From positions 1 to 64,000 of the forward strand of contig DASCPX010000063.1 of assembly GCA_036012755.1 (NCBI GenBank): a DNA stretch of 64,000 bases, written 5' to 3'. Of this stretch, positions 12,248 through 20,504 are shown piece after piece. The position numbers and the translations under genes are program-made. Within the stretch, counting starts at the first letter, position 1; each line of letters opens with the position of its first letter. Origin of the DNA: Myxococcota bacterium (GTDB lineage: Bacteria; Myxococcota_A; UBA796; CAJQPC01). The notes under the pieces are model-generated. The model did not search any database. It was not told the DNA's origin and saw nothing but the letters and a program-made list of their open reading frames with translations.

Positions 12248-13153
12248 TCACTCGAAGGGGCTCTCCGCGACCCACTCGGGGCCGGGCGGGGTCCCGCCGA
12301 TGAGCAGCTCGCCGGGTTCGCCTCCGAGCTCGTCCTCGGCCGCTTCGCCCTCTGCCTCGTCGAGGTGGAACAGGGCGAGGGTGTCGTCGTCGGCTGACAG
12401 GGCGCGGCCTGGCACCTCGAAGGCCCCCGTGTAGCGCACCGTGGAGGAGACGCGGAGCTCGTCGAGCGTGCCGCTGAAGCTGGGGAACGGCGGTCCGCTG
12501 TCGTGCGCCTCTGCTCCGATGACGAGGTAGGGGTCGTTCTCGCAGACCTCGTCCGCGGCGTGTCCGCAGGCCGCCGAGGGGTCCGCGCCGTCGGGGTAGC
12601 TCAGATCGCCCGTGGGGCCGTAGGCCACGGCCTCGACGAGGCCATCGCTAAAGAGCCAGAGCTGGCCATCGCTGGCGCGACGGGCGACGGCGACGTGGTG
12701 CCAGTCCTCGTCGAGCACGTCTCGACCACCGCAGATGACTCCGGTCTCGCCTTCGACTGTGACGGCGAAGATCAGGGTGCCCCCGGCGGCACTGAGGCCC
12801 CAGCCGTCGCTTCCCATGCGAGTGCTGTCGAGCAGGACGTTGCCACGGTTCCAGACGGCATCGGAGCAGTCCATCGCCGGGGCGCGGTTGTTCGCGGCGG
12901 CGCCGGTGAGCCAGAGCTCGACGGTGAAGTCGTCTGCTCCGACATCCACGGTGGAGCTCTCGCCCCCCGGATCGAGGTCCACCCGGACGCGATCGACGTT
13001 GCTCTTGCCGGTCCCGTAGAAGCGCAGGGCGCTCGGGTCCCCGGCTGGAGGCGTGGAGTCGTCGGTGGCGCTGTCCGAGTCGGCGACTGGGGAGTCGTCA
13101 CCGGTGCCCGGGTCGCGGGTGGTCTTGCAGGACAACATGGCTAGGATCAGCAT
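12248..13153 (-). CDS. LamG-like jellyroll (concanavalin A-like) lipoprotein
   Basis: MLILAMLSC lipobox. DFTVELW, DEDWHHVAV, LFSDG and FSGTLDELRVS...RY are LamG signatures. Confidence 0.8.
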   Translation of the reverse strand: MLILAMLSCKTTRDPGTGDDSPVADSDSATDDSTPPAGDPSALRFYGTGKSNVDRVRVDLDPGGESSTVDVGADDFTVELWLTGAAANNRAPAMDCSDAVWNRGNVLLDSTRMGSDGWGLSAAGGTLIFAVTVEGETGVICGGRDVLDEDWHHVAVARRASDGQLWLFSDGLVEAVAYGPTGDLSYPDGADPSAACGHAADEVCENDPYLVIGAEAHDSGPPFPSFSGTLDELRVSSTVRYTGAFEVPGRALSADDDTLALFHLDEAEGEAAEDELGGEPGELLIGGTPPGPEWVAESPFE

Positions 13154-13160
13154 CGGCCGT

Positions 13161-14648
13161 TCATATCTCGCGTAGCAGCTCGGCGAGGGTAGAGCCGAGA
13201 TCCTCGACGAGGTGGAGGTGGGGATCTACAGCCACGGAGACGAGCACCTCGGCGTGGAGCGTGCAGCGCCCGTGCATGTGATCGCGGCGCCCCTGGAGCC
13301 GATGGTAGGGGGCCTCCAGCGAGGGCAGGAGTCGGAAGGGCTCCCATGACCGGGGTTGGCCCAGGCAGGTGCGATGGCCGGCCTCGTCCGCCTCGTCGCT
13401 GGCCGGCACGAGGCTGAGCCGATCGGAGGGACCCTCCGTGTCGATCAGGAAGGCAGGATCGATGCGATCGAGGGCGACAAGGGCCGGGATCAGCCCCGCT
13501 GACCAGCTCAGGAGCCCCGCGCGCGCGGTGGTCTGGCGGAAGACCTCGACGAGCTGCTCGGCGTGGCGAGGGTTCCCCGGAGAGAGGTCCCCCTCGCGGT
13601 CGAAGAACCAGAAGGCGACGTCTTCGAACAGCTCGGTCCGGAGTCCCCAGGGGCCGAGTCGCTCGCGGGTCCCGCCCCGGGTTCCGGCGTGGGAGACGAC
13701 CACCTCGAGCCGGGGCTGTTCGGGTCCGACCCGGAGGACACGGGCCTCTCCCCGATGACGGACTCGGCGCGGAGGCCGCCTTGGCAGGTGATCCTCGGCG
13801 AAGCTCAGGACGTCCAGTCCCCGGGCGAGCACGCCCCGGCTGCCTTCGGTGGCCCTGGCGCCGCCAGCGAGGTCCCGAGGCAGGCAGGAGACGACCGGCC
13901 GCTCCAGCGCTCGGGCGAGGAAGCGGTCCCAGGCCTCCAGGGAGCGCTGGTCCGGGGTCAGGGTCTCTGGGCTCGCGCAGTGGTTGTGCTCGTGCACCGG
14001 GTAGCCGAAGTAGACCGTCTCGCCGGGGCGTGGGAGCTCCAGCTGGTGGTCGAGCAGCGCCAACAGGCGATCGAAGTGGTCGTCCCGCAGCCCGAAGGTC
14101 TGGACCACGCCCTGGCCCTGCCGGCGAAGCAGGCCCCAGTCGAAGGGGTTCACCGAGACGTCGACGAAGATCCAGGGGCCATCCCCGGGGCCGGAGAGGT
14201 CGGCCGCTGGTCTCCACGGGACGAGGCCCGCGTAGGGGAAGGCCCCGAACTGCACCTGGTCGCTGACGTAGGAGAGGCCAAGGCCCTCGCAGGCCTTCAG
14301 GATGCGCCGGCAGCGCCCCCGACTGCAGCAGATGAGCCCGGGGACCACCCCATCGAGACGCCGAACGCCAGCCGCACGGAGGGCCTCGACCGTCGCCCGG
14401 ACGTGGCGCCGGTGGGCATGGGCGCCGATCTCGTGGCCCCGCTCCTCCCACGCGGCGAGGCAGCCGTCACCGTGCTCGAGGGCCGCCCGCGCGAAGTGAT
14501 GGCGGAAGCGCAAGGCCATCTCCTGGCCTCGCCCCTCTGCCACGCCGACGATGGCCTCTACCAGGTCTCGCGCCGCCTCGAAGGTCCGTCGATCCCGGCG
14601 GGCCTCGAGCAGGTCGTCGTCGATGTGGAGCTCGTGGAAGAGGTGCAT
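13161..14648 (-). CDS. Hypothetical two-domain protein: deacetylase-like barrel plus alpha/beta-hydrolase-like domain
   Basis: N-terminal HxDD and RGHEIGAHAH (NodB-like). C-terminal LLSWSAG nucleophile-elbow-like motif and RLQGRRDHMH. Confidence 0.5.
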   Translation of the reverse strand: MHLFHELHIDDDLLEARRDRRTFEAARDLVEAIVGVAEGRGQEMALRFRHHFARAALEHGDGCLAAWEERGHEIGAHAHRRHVRATVEALRAAGVRRLDGVVPGLICCSRGRCRRILKACEGLGLSYVSDQVQFGAFPYAGLVPWRPAADLSGPGDGPWIFVDVSVNPFDWGLLRRQGQGVVQTFGLRDDHFDRLLALLDHQLELPRPGETVYFGYPVHEHNHCASPETLTPDQRSLEAWDRFLARALERPVVSCLPRDLAGGARATEGSRGVLARGLDVLSFAEDHLPRRPPRRVRHRGEARVLRVGPEQPRLEVVVSHAGTRGGTRERLGPWGLRTELFEDVAFWFFDREGDLSPGNPRHAEQLVEVFRQTTARAGLLSWSAGLIPALVALDRIDPAFLIDTEGPSDRLSLVPASDEADEAGHRTCLGQPRSWEPFRLLPSLEAPYHRLQGRRDHMHGRCTLHAEVLVSVAVDPHLHLVEDLGSTLAELLREI

Positions 14649-14674
14649 GAGCCTGCCCGGCTATCCTCGCAGGC

Positions 14675-15820
14675 ATGATCACTCTCCTGTTGGCATGCGG
14701 CGGCCCGACTCCGGACACCGCTGCGCCCATCGACGACAGCACCGCGCCGGTCGACTCGGTGCTCGACTCGGAGGCACACGAGGAGCCCACCTGTGGAGAG
14801 GTGACCGAGCCAGAGGTCGAGCCCACCCTGCCGGCGCTGTCGATGGTGTCGAGCTTCACCTGGACGCTGGAGTTCGACGAGACCGCAGAGGCCGCGGGGC
14901 TCTGGGACTGCAGCTACACGCGGAGCTGGGAGGGCCTCGAGTTCGTCGATCAGCCCTACCTCTGCCCCGACTGCAGCCACATGGCCGCTGGGCAGGCCAC
15001 GATGGAGGAGGGGGCCGACTGCTTCGCCCAGATCAGCTCGGCGGACGCGGACCGCGCCGAGTGGTGGGGCTTCGGGGACGCGGGCTTCTACCGGACCGCT
15101 GGAGAGAACCTCCCCCTCGGCGAGCTGCCCGTGACCTCCAGCGAGACCTACGACGGCGGCGCGCAGTTCGACTTCGAGAACACCTACGACCTCACCGACG
15201 GAGGAGTGGTGGAGCTGTCCGCCACCGGCACGATGAGCTGGGAGGACTCGGGCACGCTCTTGCCCGACTACTGGGCGGAGCGCCAGACCGACTACGCCGG
15301 GGGCTGGCCTCGCGACGACCCGGGTGACCTCGTCGCCAGCGAGGTGCTCGAACTCGGCTCGACCTTCCCGAACGTGCGCCTCTACGACCAGTGCGACGAC
15401 CTCGTCGAGCTCTGGGACTTCCACGGGACCTGGCTCGTCATCGACCACTCGGCCTTCAACTGCGGCCCCTGCATCGCCATGGCCCAGGACTTCGGTGGCC
15501 TGCAGGCCGAGCTGGCGGCGGAGGGCGTCGACGTCCAGATGGTCACGCTCATGGGCGGTCCCCTGTCGGAGTGGTGGACGACACCCTCCTCGGCGGACGT
15601 GAACTCCTGGGTGGACGACTACGGCTGGCACGGTCCTGTCCTGCGGGACCGCGGCTTCGCCTACGCCACTTTCGACGGGGACCTCGAGGACCTGACCGGC
15701 GAGAGCTACGGCTTCCCCGCCTGGGTGCTGGTCGACCCGGAGATGAAGGTCGTGATGGGGCGCATCGGCTACGGGGACTCGTCCTATGAGGACGTGAAGG
15801 CGGCGATCCTCGGCGACTGA
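14675..15820 (+). CDS. Lipoprotein with a C-terminal redoxin/TlpA-like thioredoxin domain
   Basis: MITLLLAC. FPNVRLYDQ..DLVELWDFHG..LVID.SAFNCGPC (CxxC) and GFPAWVLVDPEMKV (cis-Pro region). Confidence 0.8.
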   Translation: MITLLLACGGPTPDTAAPIDDSTAPVDSVLDSEAHEEPTCGEVTEPEVEPTLPALSMVSSFTWTLEFDETAEAAGLWDCSYTRSWEGLEFVDQPYLCPDCSHMAAGQATMEEGADCFAQISSADADRAEWWGFGDAGFYRTAGENLPLGELPVTSSETYDGGAQFDFENTYDLTDGGVVELSATGTMSWEDSGTLLPDYWAERQTDYAGGWPRDDPGDLVASEVLELGSTFPNVRLYDQCDDLVELWDFHGTWLVIDHSAFNCGPCIAMAQDFGGLQAELAAEGVDVQMVTLMGGPLSEWWTTPSSADVNSWVDDYGWHGPVLRDRGFAYATFDGDLEDLTGESYGFPAWVLVDPEMKVVMGRIGYGDSSYEDVKAAILGD

Positions 15821-18072
15821 TGCGCATAGCCATCGTCACTCGCGGCGACCTCTACCCCACCAACCACGGGGCGGCGGTGAAGATCGTCCGCACCGCCGAG
15901 TACCTCTCGCTGCTCGGGGCAGAGGTCTTCATCGTCACGGACGACCGGCGGGCCTACCTCGCCTTCACCGCTGGCGAGGTCAGGGAGGTGTCCTACTCGG
16001 AGCGCTTCCACGCCGCCCAGCACTGGCCCGGCGTGGACCGGGCGGGCAGGCTCGCCGAGCGCATCTGTGGTCGGGTCGGCTACCCGACGGAGGAGTTCTT
16101 CCTCTACCGGGCCCAGTTCGATCCTGCCTGGTGGGCTCGGGTCCTCTACGTCGGCGCCCGTGAGCAGATCGATGTCTTCCAGGCCGAGTTCCCGGGCTAC
16201 GGCCTGCCTTGCTGGATCGCCGCCCGGGCCTTCGACGCGCGCTGCAGCATCGTGCAGCACAACGTCGAGTGGGACCGGCTGCAGGACGTCAGCGGTCTCG
16301 CCCCGGAGGAGGTGCGCCACGTCCGCGAGCTGGAGCTCTTCGCCCTGAAGCGCTGCGACGAGGTCATCGCCGTCAGCGACGACGACCGGGCGCGCATGGT
16401 CGCGGCGGGCATTCGGGACCAGAGGATCACGGTGCTCCCCCACGGCGTGGACACCCTGTCCTACCGAGGCGCCCGCACGCGGCTCAGGACCACGCTGGGT
16501 CTTGGCGCCGAGGTGCCCTTGTTGTTCTTCCACGGCACCCTGCACTACTGGCCGAACACCCAGGCGGTGCGCTTCATCGCGGAGGAGCTCATGCCTCGAC
16601 TGGCCGAGCGCGTCCCGGGGGCTCGGTGCGTCATTTCGGGGCTGAACCCGCCCACCTACTACAGCCACGAGAACATCATCTTCACGGGTCCGGTCGAGGA
16701 CCTCTCGGGCACCATCGCCGCGGCGGATGTCTGCTTGTGCCCGGTGCCCAGCGGGGGCGGCACGCGCATGAAGCTCCTGGAGTACTTCGCCGCCGGCAAG
16801 CCCTGCGTCTCCTTCACGAAGGGGGCGGAGGGCATTCGCTACACCGACGGCCACGACATCGCCATCGCCGACGGCGCCGAGGCCTTCACCGAGCGGGTGG
16901 TGGAGCTCCTCGGGGACGCCTCGCTGCGGGCCGAGATGGGCGAGGCCGCCAGGGAGTTCTCGGCCTGGTACGACTGGACTCCCATCGCCCGGCGTTACCT
17001 CGAGCTCTACACGGGCTCCGGTCGGGGAGGGGACTACAACGACGAGGTCCGCCTCGGTCGGGAAGCGGGGGAGGAGCCCGAAGCGGCCCTGCCCCTGCCC
17101 ACGCTGCGGTCCAGTATCGAGGCTCACCTGCCACCCAGGGAAGCCAGCAAGCCCCTGACCCTCCTGCTCCTGGTGAACCGCGGCTGCAACCTGCGCTGCG
17201 GCTTCTGCGAGCTCTGGGAGGACCCGGACGAGATGGCGCTGTCGCAGGCGCTCGGGCTCCTGGGCGAGGCTCGGGCCATCGGCACCGAGACCCTCGTGAT
17301 CACCGGCGGCGAGCCCTTCATGTACAAGCCGCTGTTCGAGCTGGTCCAGGCCGCGAAGGCGCTCGGCATGGGGGTGAACATCACGACCAACGGGACCCTC
17401 ATCGAGAAGCGCTGGGAGGAGCTGGTCGAGTCCGGTGTGGACTCGCTGAGCGTCAGCCTCGACGGGCTGGCCCCCACCCACGACAGGCTGCGTGGCCAGG
17501 CGGGCTGCCACGGGCGCACCTGGAGGGGCATCGAGAAGCTGCGCGCGGACTCGCAGATCGGCCTGTCGGTCTACTTCGTCGTGACGAAGGACAACGTCGG
17601 CGAGCTGGTCGAGGTCTTCGAGCAGGCCCGCGCCGTGGGGGCCGAGTTCGACTTCTGGCCGGTCAACGACGCGAGGGAGCTCTACCTCAGGAGCGAGGCC
17701 GACCAGCACACCTACCGCGAGGCCGTCGCCCACATCGCGGCTCGCTACCCGCGGGTCGCGGCTCGGCGCCTCTTCGACACAGAGGGCCTCGCCTACCACG
17801 CCGGCCGGGTCGGAGACGTGCGCTGCCTCGGACTGGTCGATCAGTACGGCGTCACCTACTCCGGCGACCTGCTGCCCTGCTGCGTCTGGGGCAGCGAGGG
17901 CCTTTGCGTCGGCAATGTCTTCGAGACGCCCCTGTCCGAGCTCTGGCACAGCGAGCGCGTCCAGCGCTTCCGCGTCGGCATGTACGAGCGCGGCTGCGGC
18001 GAGGGCTGCTTCAACCACTCCCTGTACGAGTTCACGACCTCGACGGGGGAGTCCTTCCGGGTCGATGAGTGA
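15820..18072 (+). CDS. GT4 glycosyltransferase - radical SAM/SPASM(Twitch) fusion protein
   Basis: N-terminal GT-B motifs (VIAVSDDD, LPHGVD, GGGTRMKLLEYFAAGKPCVS). C-terminal CNLRCGFC (17185-17208), ITGGEP, TTNG, SVSLDG, and the auxiliary-cluster region RC...GDLLPCC...GNV...CGEGC. Confidence 0.9.
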   Translation: MRIAIVTRGDLYPTNHGAAVKIVRTAEYLSLLGAEVFIVTDDRRAYLAFTAGEVREVSYSERFHAAQHWPGVDRAGRLAERICGRVGYPTEEFFLYRAQFDPAWWARVLYVGAREQIDVFQAEFPGYGLPCWIAARAFDARCSIVQHNVEWDRLQDVSGLAPEEVRHVRELELFALKRCDEVIAVSDDDRARMVAAGIRDQRITVLPHGVDTLSYRGARTRLRTTLGLGAEVPLLFFHGTLHYWPNTQAVRFIAEELMPRLAERVPGARCVISGLNPPTYYSHENIIFTGPVEDLSGTIAAADVCLCPVPSGGGTRMKLLEYFAAGKPCVSFTKGAEGIRYTDGHDIAIADGAEAFTERVVELLGDASLRAEMGEAAREFSAWYDWTPIARRYLELYTGSGRGGDYNDEVRLGREAGEEPEAALPLPTLRSSIEAHLPPREASKPLTLLLLVNRGCNLRCGFCELWEDPDEMALSQALGLLGEARAIGTETLVITGGEPFMYKPLFELVQAAKALGMGVNITTNGTLIEKRWEELVESGVDSLSVSLDGLAPTHDRLRGQAGCHGRTWRGIEKLRADSQIGLSVYFVVTKDNVGELVEVFEQARAVGAEFDFWPVNDARELYLRSEADQHTYREAVAHIAARYPRVAARRLFDTEGLAYHAGRVGDVRCLGLVDQYGVTYSGDLLPCCVWGSEGLCVGNVFETPLSELWHSERVQRFRVGMYERGCGEGCFNHSLYEFTTSTGESFRVDE

Positions 18073-18728
18073 TGAGCCAGCGCGTCTTCGTCGGGGGAGC
18101 CACGGGTGCCACGGGCCAGGAGTTCGTTCGCCACGGGTGTCGGCTGGGGGTGGACATGGTCGTCCACGTGCGGCCGCGCTCGGAGGACAAGTACCGGGCG
18201 CAGCAGCCAGAGGGCCCCGAGCCGGCGCTCTTCGATCTCTTCGACGCCGAGACGCTGACCGAGCACATGCGGGGCTGCACGGCGGTGGTCTCGATGATCG
18301 GCACGATGGCCCATCGCTTCTCGAGCGGGGACACCTACGAAAAGAGCGACATCGGCACCACCCAAGCGCTCGTGGACGCAGCGGGTGTGGTCGGCGTCGG
18401 GCACTTCGTCCTGATGAGCGGCTTCGGCGCGGACATCACCCCCGGGCCCTACTACTCCGCGAAGCGCGAGGCCGAGCGCATCGTGCGGGAGTCTGGGCTG
18501 ACCTGGACCATCACCCGCCCCAGCTTCCTCTACGGCAACGACCGCGGCTCGGCTGCTGCCTCCGCCATCGGCGCTCTCGGGGTCATTCCCGGCATGAAGG
18601 GCTTCGCAGAGGACTGGAAGGGAATCCCGGTCGGCGTCGTGGCTGAGGCGATGGTGAAGATCGCCACCGGTGGCCTGCACGAGGACGAGATCGTCTCGGG
18701 TCGGCATCTCTGGGCGCTGTCGACGTAG
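18072..18728 (+). CDS. NAD(P)-binding oxidoreductase (atypical SDR/epimerase-like)
   Basis: VFVGGATGATG Rossmann motif, YYSAK (YxxxK), SGLTWTITRPSFLYG. The start overlaps the upstream stop. Confidence 0.85.
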   Translation: MSQRVFVGGATGATGQEFVRHGCRLGVDMVVHVRPRSEDKYRAQQPEGPEPALFDLFDAETLTEHMRGCTAVVSMIGTMAHRFSSGDTYEKSDIGTTQALVDAAGVVGVGHFVLMSGFGADITPGPYYSAKREAERIVRESGLTWTITRPSFLYGNDRGSAAASAIGALGVIPGMKGFAEDWKGIPVGVVAEAMVKIATGGLHEDEIVSGRHLWALST

Positions 18729-18746
18729 CCGTCGAGAACGAGCCCT

Positions 18747-18833
18747 CTGTGTCGGGAGTTCGGGATCAGCCGTAAGACCGGGTACAAGTTCCTGAAGCGG
18801 TACCGGGAGTTGGGCCCGGAAGGGCTGTTTTGA
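18747..18833 (+). mobile_element. IS481-like transposase N-terminal HTH fragment
   Basis: Translates LCREFGISRKTGYKFLKRYRELGPEGLF*, the typical N-terminal HTH of IS481/IS3-related transposases. No start codon or catalytic domain. Absent from the ORF track. Confidence 0.75.
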
Positions 18834-18920
18834 CCTGGGCCATAGCCGCGACCTCCCGCCGTAGGGAGGCGTGTGCGGCAGGCCGGGGGTGTGATCGCGT
18901 CCCCTTCCAACAGGACGAAT

Positions 18921-19595
18921 ATGGACAAGTTGCTCTGCATCCCCGAAGTCCTCCCGGCCCCAGTCTCACCACAACGAATCGAGCGGACCGCCGCAGCGCT
19001 GGCGGAGCTGGCTCGGACAGCGGTCCTGGATGTCGCTCGCAAGATGGGGCGGCTGGTGATCACCGAGCTGTATTCGGACGGCCTCGATGGATGGAGGCAG
19101 CGGGGGACGCGGGACTCGTCGTTCCGGCGGCTGGCCAAGGAGCTCGCGAAGTACGGCGAGGGCAGCGTCAGCCGCTCGACGCTTCATCGCTGCTGCGGGC
19201 TCGTCGAGCTGGAGGATCGGTTGGGTGTCTCAACGTTGGGACAGTTGACGGCGAGTCATGGCTTCATGGTGCTCGGTCTGCCGGGATCGGTGCAGGCGAA
19301 GCTGCTGGACAAGGCCCGGGACAACGGCTGGACGGTGCGTCAGCTGGCTGCGGAGGTCTCGGGGGTGAGGAGGAAGGCGGGGAAGCGCCGGGGTCGGCAG
19401 CCCAAGGCGCGGTTCGCGGCTTCGCTGGACCGGATGACGAAGATGCTCGAGGGCGATGGGTTCGAGGACCTCGACCCAACACAGCTCGAACGGCTGAGTG
19501 CGGAGCGGCGGCAGGAGCTGCTGGTGACCGCCCGGCGCATGCAGGAGCGGTTGACCGGGGTCATCGAGCAACTGGAGGACGAAGATGGCGACTGA
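18921..19595 (+). CDS. Hypothetical HTH-type DNA-binding protein (DUF1016-N/ParB-HTH-like)
   Basis: DSSFRRLAKEL..SVSRSTLHR..LTASH..QAKLLDKARDNGWTVRQLAAEV pattern, basic RRGRQPK segment, atypical codon usage. Confidence 0.6.
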   Translation: MDKLLCIPEVLPAPVSPQRIERTAAALAELARTAVLDVARKMGRLVITELYSDGLDGWRQRGTRDSSFRRLAKELAKYGEGSVSRSTLHRCCGLVELEDRLGVSTLGQLTASHGFMVLGLPGSVQAKLLDKARDNGWTVRQLAAEVSGVRRKAGKRRGRQPKARFAASLDRMTKMLEGDGFEDLDPTQLERLSAERRQELLVTARRMQERLTGVIEQLEDEDGD

Positions 19596-20271
19596 GCTCT
19601 GGGAATACCTGTCGAAGCTGCCTGGGGCCGGGCTCGAGGCCTCGTCGGTGCCCGACGCGCAGATCTTCGAGTGGGGAGCTGAAGTGTCGAGGGTGCAGAT
19701 CCAGGCGAACGGCCGGAGGTTCCTGGTCGGCAGGGCGCTGAAGTACCGGCGGGTGGGACTGGCCTACGGCGAGGCCACAGCGTGGCTGGAGGCGGTGGCC
19801 TCGGAGCTGGGCCGAGCGGTCAGGACCCTGCGGAGCTGGATGCGTATCGCCAACGCGATGGAGGTCGGAATTTCCGCTGCTGATGAAATCGGCAGAAAAC
19901 TGCCGATTTCAATCCTGGACCGCCCGTGGGACGAGATCCCGGACGCCCTGACCAAGGCGCAGGGCGAAGAAGGCGGCGCAAGGGTGCGAAAGAGCTCGGT
20001 TCCGGGGCTGAAGGCCTGCATCGGGATCTTCGACGCGCGGGTGAAGGCGAGCGCGACCAATCGCGACGAGCTCCGCTCCCTGAGAGCCGCAGCGATGGGG
20101 TTCATCGACCAGATCGACCAGGCTGTGCTGGCGCTCGGAGAGGAGCCGGAGGTCGAGCTCGGTGCCGTGGCGGGAGAGCACCTGAGCGCGGTCACGTGGG
20201 CCAGGTCCAGGCGACCGATGAGCTCCAGGGCCACCGCCACCTCCCCGGCTTCGCCTGCTGCTTCCGTGTAG
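19585..20271 (+). CDS. Hypothetical DUF3102-like HTH protein; C-terminal tail probably non-native
   Basis: VGRAL...YGEATAWLE...RTLRSWMRIA pattern. Overlaps the upstream ORF by 11 bp. Confidence 0.5.
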   Translation: MATELWEYLSKLPGAGLEASSVPDAQIFEWGAEVSRVQIQANGRRFLVGRALKYRRVGLAYGEATAWLEAVASELGRAVRTLRSWMRIANAMEVGISAADEIGRKLPISILDRPWDEIPDALTKAQGEEGGARVRKSSVPGLKACIGIFDARVKASATNRDELRSLRAAAMGFIDQIDQAVLALGEEPEVELGAVAGEHLSAVTWARSRRPMSSRATATSPASPAASV

Positions 20272-20324
20272 CGCTGCCTCCTCTGGGCCTGGGTCCGGCG
20301 GTTGGCTCCTTCTCCGATGAGGAG
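20190..20324 (-). pseudogene. Internal fragment of a four-helix-bundle (23S rRNA IVP / Avd-like) gene
   Basis: The minus strand reads LLIGEGANRRTQAQRRQRYTEAAGEAGEVAVALELIGRLDL, matching the family pattern L(N/L)IAEGxxR....R.Y..A.G.A.E...L. The N- and C-terminal helices are missing. Confidence 0.65.
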
Positions 20325-20350
20325 CGTCATCGTCATCGTCATCGTCATCG
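20325..20350. repeat. Tandem hexamer (CGTCAT)x4
   Basis: Read directly. Confidence 0.92.
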
Positions 20351-20451
20351 GCCCAGTTGTCGACGGAGGACCAGCAACTCGCTCTCGGTGAAACAGCACA
20401 ATCTGGGCGAGGCTGACGCGCAGGGTCCCCGAGACTGATCAGCGCTCAAGA

Positions 20452-20475
20452 CGTCATCGTCATCGTCATCGTCCT
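20452..20475. repeat. Tandem hexamer (CGTCAT)x3 + CGTCCT
   Basis: Read directly. Same unit and orientation as the array about 100 bp upstream. Confidence 0.9.
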
Positions 20476-20504
20476 CCTGACTTGCACAGAGCATCGAGCG
20501 GCGA

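Noticed and set aside
20325..20475. (CGTCAT)n arrays as a CRISPR array
   Set aside because: These are simple hexamer tandem repeats with no repeat-spacer structure, and no cas genes are present.
18729..20500. Diversity-generating retroelement suggested by the Avd-like fragment
   Set aside because: No reverse transcriptase and no template/variable repeat pair are visible in the window.
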